The notes under the pieces are model-generated. The model saw nothing but the letters and a program-made list of their open reading frames with translations. It did no database searches and was not told where the DNA came from. From Abditibacterium sp. (GTDB lineage: Bacteria; Armatimonadota; Abditibacteriia; Abditibacteriales; Abditibacteriaceae), in assembly GCA_965246705.1 (NCBI GenBank), contig CBDFFF010000001.1, forward strand, positions 413,253 to 477,252: 64,000 nt of DNA. Reading direction: 5' to 3'. How positions within the stretch are numbered: position 1 is the first letter of the stretch; the number at the start of each line of letters is the position of its first letter. The position numbers and the translations under genes are program-made. Of the stretch, positions 29,130 to 36,558 are shown one piece after another.

Positions 29130-29202
29130 TATCCGCGAAAGGACTCCTCTTTCATCTTCCAGAATCTCGTTCTGGCGCCTCTACCAGTTGGGCCACGCGG
29201 AC
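29130..29202 (-). tRNA. tRNA-Leu(GAG)-like, short variable loop, U33 lost, T-loop motif replaced (possible pseudo-tRNA)
   Basis: GTCCGCG/CGCGGAT acceptor; GCC..GGC D stem; CCAGA-ACGAGAT-TCTGG; T arm GAA-AGAG-GAGT-CCTTT. Confidence 0.6.
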
Positions 29203-29209
29203 AAAAAAG

Positions 29210-29281
29210 CAGTCGGGGTGGGGCTCGAACCCACGATAACCTCATTAACAGTGAGGCGCGTTACCGCTTCGCCACCCGACT
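29210..29281 (-). tRNA. tRNA-Asn(GTT)
   Basis: AGTCGGG/CCCGACT acceptor; G73; CCTCA-CTGTTAA-TGAGG; GTGGG-TTCGAGC-CCCAC; canonical cloverleaf; no CCA. Confidence 0.92.
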
Positions 29282-29285
29282 ACAA

Positions 29286-29355
29286 TTGCCCGACCCCGGC
29301 TCGAACGAGGAAAGAAGATCCAAAGTTTTCCGTCATACCACTTGACCATCGGGCA
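29286..29355 (-). tRNA. tRNA-Gln(TTG)
   Basis: TGCCCGA/TCGGGCA acceptor (U1-A72); GTC..GAC D stem; GAAAA-CTTTGGA-TCTTC with one mismatch; 3-nt variable loop; CCTCG-TTCGAGC-CGGGG. Confidence 0.8.
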
Positions 29356-29365
29356 GAAACACAAC

Positions 29366-29403
29366 AAAAAAGGCCCGTCGCTGAGGTTTCAGCAACGGGC
29401 CTT
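29366..29403 (-). terminator. intrinsic terminator / attenuator upstream of the tRNA cluster
   Basis: Minus strand AAGGCCCGTTGCTGA-AACC-TCAGCGACGGGCCTT-TTTT: 15-bp stem with one G.U, ending 10 nt before tRNA-Gln. Confidence 0.85.
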
Positions 29404-29425
29404 GAGAATGAAAACGAAATCTAAC

Positions 29426-29524
29426 TTATCGCTTCTCTGCGGCACGGAAACCCGAACGACGAACGGAACCTTGCAGTTGGAGTTGCAGGTTCTGGCGATT
29501 CAGATTCAGTGCTAAAGCGAACAT
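29426..29524 (-). CDS. putative 32-aa Leu/Asn/Gln-rich leader peptide MFALALNLNRQNLQLQLQGSVRRSGFRAAEKR
   Basis: ATG TTC GCT TTA GCA CTG AAT CTG AAT CGC CAG AAC CTG CAA CTC CAA CTG CAA GGT...CGA TAA; 13 of residues 4-18 are L/N/Q; lies between promoter and terminator. No clear SD. Confidence 0.7.
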   Translation of the reverse strand: MFALALNLNRQNLQLQLQGSVRRSGFRAAEKR

Positions 29525-29557
29525 AAGGGGCGGCGCCCACGCGCCGAACTCATAGAA

Positions 29558-29586
29558 ATTATAAACGCGCTTCGATAAATATGCAA
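29558..29586 (-). promoter_or_regulatory. sigma70-type promoter driving leader + tRNA cluster
   Basis: Minus strand TTGCAT (29586-29581), exactly 17 nt, TATAAT (29563-29558). Confidence 0.8.
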
Positions 29587-29635
29587 CTCGCGCATGGCAC
29601 ACCATCTGCAAAAGCCTCTACCAGAGGAAAGAACA

Positions 29636-29845
29636 ATGGCAAAAGATCTAAAAAAGGGCGATAAAGTCGAATGGGATTCATCGGGCGGCCACTCAACCGG
29701 TGAAGTCGTCGAAAAGGTGACCGAGGAAAGTAAAGTCAAAGGCCACACCGCCAAAGCATCCAAAGACGAACCGCAATACAAAGTCAAGAGCGACAAAAGC
29801 GGCAAAGAGGCCATCCACAAGCCCGAAGAACTCAAGAAGCAGTAA
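29636..29845 (+). CDS. DUF2945 / hypervirulence-associated TUDOR-like small protein
   Basis: KKGDKVEWDSSGG...GHTAKASKDEPQYKVKSDKSGKEAIHKPEELKK; AGAGGA SD upstream. Confidence 0.88.
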   Translation: MAKDLKKGDKVEWDSSGGHSTGEVVEKVTEESKVKGHTAKASKDEPQYKVKSDKSGKEAIHKPEELKKQ

Positions 29846-29849
29846 AGCC

Positions 29850-29883
29850 AAACGCCCCACGAGCTAACTCGCGGGGCGTTTCT
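29850..29883. terminator. intrinsic terminator
   Basis: AAACGCCCCACGAG-loop-CTCGCGGGGCGTTT between convergent genes. Confidence 0.7.
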
Positions 29884-29886
29884 TCT

Positions 29887-30459
29887 TCAGTGGCGAGAAC
29901 AAATGATGCCATGCAAAAATTTGAGTCCTACCGCCGCTTTCCTCCATCGTAATTCAACTTTGGCAAATAACATTCTGCGTTGGGGCGGCAACATCTGATT
30001 CAAAAGTCCAAGCCCCCACCGCCCGATGTCAAAATACAACCAATCCAACCAGCGCGGAAGGTAGTATTGTGCTTGAGGAAAGGGGGGAGGTTTTTGTCCA
30101 AATTGTTGAAATACTTCCCGCTTCCGTCGTCGCTGCAACTCCTTCCAGGCCCCGGACTCAAAAAAATCGTTGCTAACTGGAGCGTCCGCTTCCATTCGTT
30201 CCAGATTACCTCGCGCAATATGACTCAATCGCTTTCCTTGTTCCTGCGGTGAAAGTAATAAGTTGGCTCTTCCTGCTACCAAATCTCCTTCGTATAAGGG
30301 AAAAACTGCAAGAGGCGCCTCCTCTTCTTGGCCTCCGTAACGCGCCAGCAAAAAGCGGTAAACCCGCGTTTGCCACGACGGATCGCCTTGCGCCTCATCC
30401 AATCGTCTCTGCCACCGCTCACGCAACGAAAGGCTCATTTTGGTTGCATCCTGAGCCAA
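29887..30459 (-). CDS. hypothetical protein
   Basis: 190-aa ORF filling the gap downstream of xylB; no motif recognised. Confidence 0.5.
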   Translation of the reverse strand: MAQDATKMSLSLRERWQRRLDEAQGDPSWQTRVYRFLLARYGGQEEEAPLAVFPLYEGDLVAGRANLLLSPQEQGKRLSHIARGNLERMEADAPVSNDFFESGAWKELQRRRKREVFQQFGQKPPPFPQAQYYLPRWLDWLYFDIGRWGLGLLNQMLPPQRRMLFAKVELRWRKAAVGLKFLHGIICSRH

Positions 30460-30473
30460 AGTTTACGCCAGAA

Positions 30474-31991
30474 TTAAATCCCACTCAAGCGCGCGAACGT
30501 GTCCTTAAGAGCTGGATAAAGTTCGACGTAATTGGCATAGAAGCGGTCATAGAAGGCGGCATTTTCTTCATTGATGTGCGTTGACCCGCTCGTTTTCACG
30601 ACCGCGTCGCACGCCTCTTCGACGCTCGAATAGGTTCCATCCCCGACTCCTGCCAGTAGAGCGGCCCCCAGCGCTGGCCCCTCATCGATGGCCATGGTCG
30701 AAAGTGGCAATCCGAACACATCGGCCTGAATCTGCCGCCACACCTCCGATTTGGCTCCCCCCCCACTCGCGCGTGCGCTACCAATCGAGATGTTCATGCT
30801 TTTCATAATTTCCAGGCTATCTCGCAGCCCGAACGAAACTCCTTCCAAAACGGCTCTCGCCATGTGCGCTTTGGTGTGCCGTAGCGTCAGCCCCACGAAG
30901 GCACCGCGCGCCAGTGGGTCGGGGTGAGGTGTGCGTTCTCCTGTCAGGTAAGGCAAAAACAGTAGGCCCTCGCTGCCCGCAGAAACCTGTGCTGCTTCGC
31001 CCGTAATCAGCTCATAAGGGTCTACGCCCAACCGCGCAGCGACCGATTTTTCCTGGGTGGACAGCGTATCGCGGAACCAGCGCAAGCTCCCGCCCGCCGA
31101 CAGCATAACGCCCATGACGTGCCATTTGCCCGGAACCGCGTGACAAAACGTGTGCATCCTCAACTGCGGGTCAACGGCGGGCGTGTCAGCAAAGGCAAAC
31201 ACAACGCCCGATGTGCCCGAAGCCACCGAAATAATGCCGCTCCGAACAATACCATTCCCAACGGCCCCTGCCGCCTGGTCGCCGCCCCCACCTACAACAG
31301 GGGTCCCCTCGCGTAGCCCCGTCGCGCGGGCGCCCTCAGTGCTAATGTGCCCCGATACCTCGAACGACTCATATACGCGCGGCAAGCTATCCAACGAAAT
31401 ATCGAGCGCACTGCACACCGCCTCACTCCAGTTTCTCTGCGGTACGTTGAGCAGCGAAGTCCCCGATGCATCCGAGACTTCGGTTGCATATTCCCCCGTC
31501 AACTGGAAGCGCACGTAGTCCTTGGGCAGCAAATGCATCGCGGCGTGTTCGGCGACACCGGGTTCGTTCTCGCGCACCCACAAAATCTTGGGGGCCGTGA
31601 AGCCAGTCAGCACAGGATTCGCGGTCTCTTTCACAAGAGTCTCGCGTCCCACCCGCGCCACGATCTGGTCGCACTGCGATTGCGTGCGCTGGTCGCACCA
31701 CAAAATAGCGTTACGCAGCACCTGCCCGTTCTTATCCAGCATGACCAGACCATGCATTTGTCCCGAAAGACCAACAGAAGTAATATTCTCGCTACCGATC
31801 TGTGCCACAATCTGCTGGCACACTTGGCATGTCGCCGTCCACCAATCGAGTGGACGCTGTTCGGCCCATAGTGGTTGAGGAGTCAACAGCTCATATTCGG
31901 CACTCGCCGATGCCACCAATTTACCGCCTTCATTCACCGCGATGGCCTTAGTACCGCTTGTGCCAATATCTATACCCAGAAGTAGTCCCAT
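30474..31991 (-). CDS. xylB: xylulokinase
   Basis: LLGIDIGTSGTKA, GLSGQMHG, ILWCDQRT, TEVSDASGT, GGGDQAAGA, PYLTGERTP and GGGAKS FGGY-family motifs. Confidence 0.93.
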   Translation of the reverse strand: MGLLLGIDIGTSGTKAIAVNEGGKLVASASAEYELLTPQPLWAEQRPLDWWTATCQVCQQIVAQIGSENITSVGLSGQMHGLVMLDKNGQVLRNAILWCDQRTQSQCDQIVARVGRETLVKETANPVLTGFTAPKILWVRENEPGVAEHAAMHLLPKDYVRFQLTGEYATEVSDASGTSLLNVPQRNWSEAVCSALDISLDSLPRVYESFEVSGHISTEGARATGLREGTPVVGGGGDQAAGAVGNGIVRSGIISVASGTSGVVFAFADTPAVDPQLRMHTFCHAVPGKWHVMGVMLSAGGSLRWFRDTLSTQEKSVAARLGVDPYELITGEAAQVSAGSEGLLFLPYLTGERTPHPDPLARGAFVGLTLRHTKAHMARAVLEGVSFGLRDSLEIMKSMNISIGSARASGGGAKSEVWRQIQADVFGLPLSTMAIDEGPALGAALLAGVGDGTYSSVEEACDAVVKTSGSTHINEENAAFYDRFYANYVELYPALKDTFARLSGI

Positions 31992-32080
31992 GATTTCGGA
32001 AGTGCGGCCTAATTTTAACACTCGCCGAAAAAGGGCTTCATCCCATTAAAATCTTGTTAGGGGCTTTGCAAGGAACTTTT

Positions 32081-33235
32081 ATGCCCCATCCCAATTCCAA
32101 TTTTATGTCCATGTCCCATTTCACTCATCGTTTCCTCGCTGCCTGTGGCGTTTTGCTCTTTTGCACTGGAGCTATTAGCCATGCCCAGCCCCAAACTCCG
32201 GTCCCCACATCGGCTTCGGGTACCTCCTCGCAAACCCTGCAGGTGGCCACCCGCGAAATCGCGCCTTTCGTGATGAAGCGCAACGGGCAGTTGACTGGCT
32301 TTTCCGTAGAACTGTGGAATCACATCAGCGACAAATTAGGAGTCAAAACGACATGGGATGTAAAGCCCAATGTAAAAGCCCTCGTCGCCGATGTTCAAAG
32401 TGGTAAAGCGCCTATTGGTATCGCGGCCATTTCCATCACGGCTAAACGCGAACAAGTGATCGACTTTTCGCAACCGATGTTCGACTCTGGTCTGCAAATC
32501 ATGACCAAGGGACAGGCTGCCCAGCCCATGCTCATTTCGGGTGTTATCACCATGCTACAATCGCCGCTCATGATCCAGTTCGTCATCGCGATTTTGCTGC
32601 TTATCTTTATACCGTCCAACATTTTGTGGGTTATCGAGCGGCGGCATAGCGAGGGCATTATCCGCTCGAAAAGCTATTTTCCTGGCATCTTTGAAGCGGT
32701 CTGGTGGACTGTGACGTGTTTGGCGACCCAAGCAGAGGAAATGCCTCGCTCCGTTTTTGGGCGTGTTATGGCAGTTGTGTGGATGTTCTTCGCCATTTTG
32801 TTCACGGCTTACGTTACAGGTACCCTCACTGCTAGCCTCACTGTGCAGTCGCTGCGTGGCGACATTCAAGGGCCAAGCGATTTACCGGGAAAAAAGGTCG
32901 CCACCGTGACGGGGTCCACATCCGAAGACTACCTGAAAGAAAACAATGTGCGCTCCATGCCATTCGCCACTATAGACAAGGCTTTTGAAGCACTCGAAGC
33001 TGGAAAAGTACAAGCTGTTGTCTATGATGCGCCTATTCTCGCTTACTATGCCAACAACGAAGGAAAGGGCCATACACAGCTCGTGGGCCCCGTATTTCGT
33101 CCCGAATCTTACGGCATCGCGTTTAGCAACATGTCACCCTGGCGTAAAAACATCAATCTGGCGTTGCTTCAACTCCGCGAAGATGGTACCTACGACGATT
33201 TGCGCACCAAATATTTCGGCGACGGCACAAATTAA
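32081..33235 (+). CDS. prokaryotic ionotropic glutamate receptor-like channel (S1-TM-pore-TM-S2)
   Basis: Signal peptide; PBP2 lobe (APFV, ISITAKREQVIDFSQP); M1; pore helix WWTVTCLATQ; M3 AYVTGTLTASLTV; S2 lobe (TGSTSEDYL, VVYDAPIL, YGIAF). Confidence 0.85.
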   Translation: MPHPNSNFMSMSHFTHRFLAACGVLLFCTGAISHAQPQTPVPTSASGTSSQTLQVATREIAPFVMKRNGQLTGFSVELWNHISDKLGVKTTWDVKPNVKALVADVQSGKAPIGIAAISITAKREQVIDFSQPMFDSGLQIMTKGQAAQPMLISGVITMLQSPLMIQFVIAILLLIFIPSNILWVIERRHSEGIIRSKSYFPGIFEAVWWTVTCLATQAEEMPRSVFGRVMAVVWMFFAILFTAYVTGTLTASLTVQSLRGDIQGPSDLPGKKVATVTGSTSEDYLKENNVRSMPFATIDKAFEALEAGKVQAVVYDAPILAYYANNEGKGHTQLVGPVFRPESYGIAFSNMSPWRKNINLALLQLREDGTYDDLRTKYFGDGTN

Positions 33236-33391
33236 TCGCGAAATTTAAAAAAGGCCAAAACCGTTCTAGATAAAGATCAGCAAGGTCGAGAAGAAGAGGG
33301 AAGCCAAGGCCGGGGGCAAACAACGCACTGACTCCAATCTTAAGACTCGATGCTGCGCAAATTTCACAAGGAAAGACAGACACACATCATC

Positions 33392-33556
33392 ATGATCAAA
33401 CAGTTTTTGCAAGAAGAAGAGGGCCAGACCCTCGTTGAGTACGGCCTCTTGATTTCGCTCATCGCACTCGTTGTTATCGGCGTTCTCACGCTCTTGGGTT
33501 CCAAGATCAAGAACACCTTCAACAAGGCCGCTGACTCCATGAACACAACCACCTGA
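33392..33556 (+). CDS. Flp family type IVb pilin
   Basis: MIKQFLQEEEG^QTLVEYGLLISLIALVVIGVLTLLG (Flp motif G-x4-EY). Confidence 0.92.
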   Translation: MIKQFLQEEEGQTLVEYGLLISLIALVVIGVLTLLGSKIKNTFNKAADSMNTTT

Positions 33557-33568
33557 TCTTCTTCAGGG

Positions 33569-33613
33569 AAGCGCAAAGGCCCTTCGCCCCAGGCGAAGGG
33601 CCTTTGCGCTTTT
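33569..33613 (+). terminator. intrinsic terminator after flp 1
   Basis: AAGCGCAAAGGCCCTTCGCC-CA-GGCGAAGGGCCTTTGCGCTTTT. Confidence 0.8.
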
Positions 33614-33850
33614 AACAACTCTTCATAACGCGGTCTACGCAGGGTTATCATTCTTCATCTACGCGCTTCCTTCAACAGGGAGCGCTATTGACCACTCTCA
33701 TTACTACTGATTGAGTCCCAAAAAACTCTCAATTTATTTTTATGATGAAGTGGCGAAGATGATGTATATGAAGGACGTTAATAATAGGTCGCGCCGCCAT
33801 CGAATTTTTCCGCTCTGGCACTTGTGACTATTTAAAGGAGTTCATGAGCT

Positions 33851-34018
33851 ATGATTTATAATTTTTTGAGTGACGAAGATGGGCAAACACTCGTTGAGTA
33901 CGGCCTACTCATTTCGTTACTGGCCCTGGCTGTGGTTGGAGCTGTCACCCTCATGGGAGGCCGTGTCAAAAACATGTGGGGCAACAACGCTAACCGATAC
34001 CCCGATCCGCCCACGTGA
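33851..34018 (+). CDS. Flp family type IVb pilin (second copy, not in ORF track)
   Basis: Manual translation MIYNFLSDEDG^QTLVEYGLLISLLALAVVGAVTLMGGRVKNMWGNNANRYPDPPT; AAGGAG SD upstream. Confidence 0.9.
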   Translation: MIYNFLSDEDGQTLVEYGLLISLLALAVVGAVTLMGGRVKNMWGNNANRYPDPPT

Positions 34019-34029
34019 ATATCATGACC

Positions 34030-34068
34030 AATACGCCAGAACCACAGGGTTCTGGCGTATTGTCTTTT
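34030..34068. terminator. intrinsic terminator
   Basis: AATACGCCAGAACC-loop-GGTTCTGGCGTATT followed by TTTT. Confidence 0.75.
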
Positions 34069-34075
34069 CCTTGGC

Positions 34076-35053
34076 CTATTCCGCTGAAACGTAAAGTTGC
34101 GCCATGACGCGACTTTCGCGGGCGGCTTCCTCAACGCTCACAAGGTCGGCCTTCTTGCCTTCCAATTTGTCCCAGAACAAAGAGAACGCGTGGGGGGCTC
34201 CCTCAGGTAATTGAGTCCACTCATCGCCATCGGCGCCATCGACCAGTTCAGAAAAATAGAACACTTTGCTGCCGTGAACCAGGATTTGGCCGCGTGTGCC
34301 ATGAACTTCAATGGGAGCGGAGTATTTCGGGTCAACCCATCCGGCTTCGATGATGGCAACAGCTCCGTTGGCAAATGTCACCATGCCCGCGCCCCATTCG
34401 TCAATATCGCCGTAGCGATGGGTGGCGCTACCCAAAGTGGCACAGGTTTTTATGGCTTCGCCGCATGTCGGCACTAAGCACCACAGCACAATATCGAGGG
34501 CGTGAGCGCCCAGATCGGCGAAACCGCCGCCGCCGGCCTCATTTTTGTCGGCAATCCAGCGCCATTCGCCATCGAACCAACCCGCAAGCGCTCCTTGGTG
34601 GCAGTTCGTGTAGCGCATGCGCGTTACCGTCCCTAAATGGCCCGCCTCGATTTCTTGTTTGATGAAGCGGTTTGCCGCCGAACTGCGCATGAAGAATCCG
34701 GTCTGAAATTCGATACCCGCCTTTTTGATTTCGGCTTCCATGAGGTTTGCCTCTTCTTCGCTGGTAGCAAGAGGCTTCTCGGCGAAAATGTGTTTGCCCG
34801 CCTGCGCCGCTTTGGTCACGAGTTCAAGGTGGTGGCGAGTTTCCGAACAGATAACGACCGAGGTCACTTCTGCATCGCCGAGGATGGTATCTATATCGGC
34901 GACTTGGGCATTGAGTTCGCCCGCCCGTTTTTGCGCCCGTTCGTTGTCGTGGTCATAAACGTATTTGCACAAAATATCTTCGCGCTTGTTGATAGTCGAG
35001 ATAAAACCGGGTGTGTGGATGTGGGCCACGCCCAGAAAAGCCGTGATTTGCAT
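34076..35053 (-). CDS. Gfo/Idh/MocA family oxidoreductase
   Basis: AGKHIFAEKPLA; GGGGFADLGAHALD. Confidence 0.92.
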   Translation of the reverse strand: MQITAFLGVAHIHTPGFISTINKREDILCKYVYDHDNERAQKRAGELNAQVADIDTILGDAEVTSVVICSETRHHLELVTKAAQAGKHIFAEKPLATSEEEANLMEAEIKKAGIEFQTGFFMRSSAANRFIKQEIEAGHLGTVTRMRYTNCHQGALAGWFDGEWRWIADKNEAGGGGFADLGAHALDIVLWCLVPTCGEAIKTCATLGSATHRYGDIDEWGAGMVTFANGAVAIIEAGWVDPKYSAPIEVHGTRGQILVHGSKVFYFSELVDGADGDEWTQLPEGAPHAFSLFWDKLEGKKADLVSVEEAARESRVMAQLYVSAE

Positions 35054-35200
35054 AGAACCCCCTTATTTTGCAGAGCGCACCACAACACTTCAAGGTGAGT
35101 CTGTTCTTACTGACATCTTGCCCAGACAATTCCACGCATTTAGCGGTAACAAAAGCAAGAAGTTTCTAATGTCAAGGACAAAACTTTGAACTAAGAGCCT

Positions 35201-36490
35201 ATGGCAACGCGCGGATCGCAGTCTCATCGAATTAATTTTGGTCACAGCCGTCAACAACAACGCATCCCAATGGAGTCTTCCGCCACTACTTCGCCCTCGC
35301 GCCGCCAGGCTCTCTTGCATAAGGTGGTGGAGTTGCTGCGTGACCATCCCACGTTCGATGTTCCAACTCCTGGCGAAAGTGTGGCGGTGCTGTCTCCCGA
35401 AGAGCGCGAAAAAGCATGGAGCGAAGAAACCCTGCACCTCATGCGGCGGCGCATGAAGATGGTGGCACTGGTCGTCTTACTATTTGTGCCACCTCTGTGG
35501 GTGTTCTATACGCTTACCTCGCCTGAAGCGCGAGGGGACATTTCTTTTATAGAGGGCATTGTCGTTTTTTTCTGCTTTGCTCTCATCTTTGTGGCGCGAC
35601 GTATCAGATCAATTCATGCTTCGCGCCTGTTCGTGATGTGCGCGTATATGGTGTTCGGCCTTGCGGCATCGGCAGTGATGGTCGAATCGAAAGACCCGCG
35701 CGTGCTGGCATTTTCGGGACATGGACAAATCATCGTCTCGATTTTATTTATTCCCTTGACCGTTGTTGAGGCTGGTTTTTGTGCGTCCATTGTAATTTTC
35801 GCTTTTAGCCTTGGTCTCTATTACGCCCTGCCTGATGCCCAGCACAATTTAATTCTGCCGCGCACGCTTTCCGTCGCGTTTTCTGGCGCCTTGATTACTG
35901 CTATGGCCTACATTCAGGGCATGGTACGTCGCCGCGCTTTTGACGTGGCTTTCGATATGGCGGTTTCCGCATCCCAGAGCGCACTGCTTTCCCAATCCGA
36001 TTTTCTTACAGGAGGAGCCAATCGTCGGCATTTTGAAGCGGTAGCGGCTGTCGAGTTGGCGCGTAGTAGGCGCACGAAACGCCCGTTATCGCTTGTTCTC
36101 TTCGATCTCGACGGCTTTAAACGAGTTAATGATACCTGTGGGCACGCTGCGGGCGATGAAGTTTTGCGTGAAGTCTTTCGGGCCGCCCAGAACACAGTGC
36201 GTGGTTCGGATATTCTGGCGCGATGGGGGGGTGACGAGTTCGTGTTGGCCCTTCCTGAAACCGATTGTGAAGACGCGAAATATACAGCGACACGTATCGG
36301 CGAAGCCGTCGCCCACCGTTTGCAAAAGCTGTGGGGAGATGGCTCGGTGCAAGCTGAGGTCACTCTTTCTATTGGCATCTCGTCCATTATTGAGGGGGAA
36401 GCGTGTGAACTGCGCGATTTAGTCGAGCGTGCCGATGCCGCTCTGTATCGGGCCAAACGCGAAGGTAAAAATCGCATTCTTGTCGCGTAA
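35201..36490 (+). CDS. membrane-anchored diguanylate cyclase (GGDEF)
   Basis: Five to six TM segments; DFLTGGANRR, FDLDGFKRVNDTCGHAAGD, ARWGGDEF and ADAALYRAK. Start may be 35270. Confidence 0.9.
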   Translation: MATRGSQSHRINFGHSRQQQRIPMESSATTSPSRRQALLHKVVELLRDHPTFDVPTPGESVAVLSPEEREKAWSEETLHLMRRRMKMVALVVLLFVPPLWVFYTLTSPEARGDISFIEGIVVFFCFALIFVARRIRSIHASRLFVMCAYMVFGLAASAVMVESKDPRVLAFSGHGQIIVSILFIPLTVVEAGFCASIVIFAFSLGLYYALPDAQHNLILPRTLSVAFSGALITAMAYIQGMVRRRAFDVAFDMAVSASQSALLSQSDFLTGGANRRHFEAVAAVELARSRRTKRPLSLVLFDLDGFKRVNDTCGHAAGDEVLREVFRAAQNTVRGSDILARWGGDEFVLALPETDCEDAKYTATRIGEAVAHRLQKLWGDGSVQAEVTLSIGISSIIEGEACELRDLVERADAALYRAKREGKNRILVA

Positions 36491-36507
36491 ATGCGGATAG
36501 GACGACG

Positions 36508-36549
36508 AGTAATACCCCGCTCGTATTTACGGGCGGGGTATTACTTTTT
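36508..36549. terminator. bidirectional terminator
   Basis: AGTAATACCCCGCTCG...CGGGCGGGGTATTACT-TTTT. Confidence 0.7.
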
Positions 36550-36558
36550 GATTGGAAT

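Noticed and set aside
29512-29553. Possible leaderless uORF MSSARGRRPLCSL overlapping the leader start
   Set aside because: The ATG is only 4 nt after the -10 box and there is no compositional signal; it cannot be supported without TSS mapping.
29356-29560. T-box riboswitch upstream of the tRNAs
   Set aside because: No AGGGTGGNACCGCG T-box sequence or Stem I motifs were seen.
29426-29611. 61-aa ORF-track version of the leader peptide
   Set aside because: Its 5' part spans the -35/-10 promoter and runs into the divergent DUF2945 upstream region; only the ATG at 29524 lies downstream of the predicted transcription start.
33816-33832. sigma54 promoter upstream of the second flp
   Set aside because: TGGCAC is present but the -12 TTGC element is missing.
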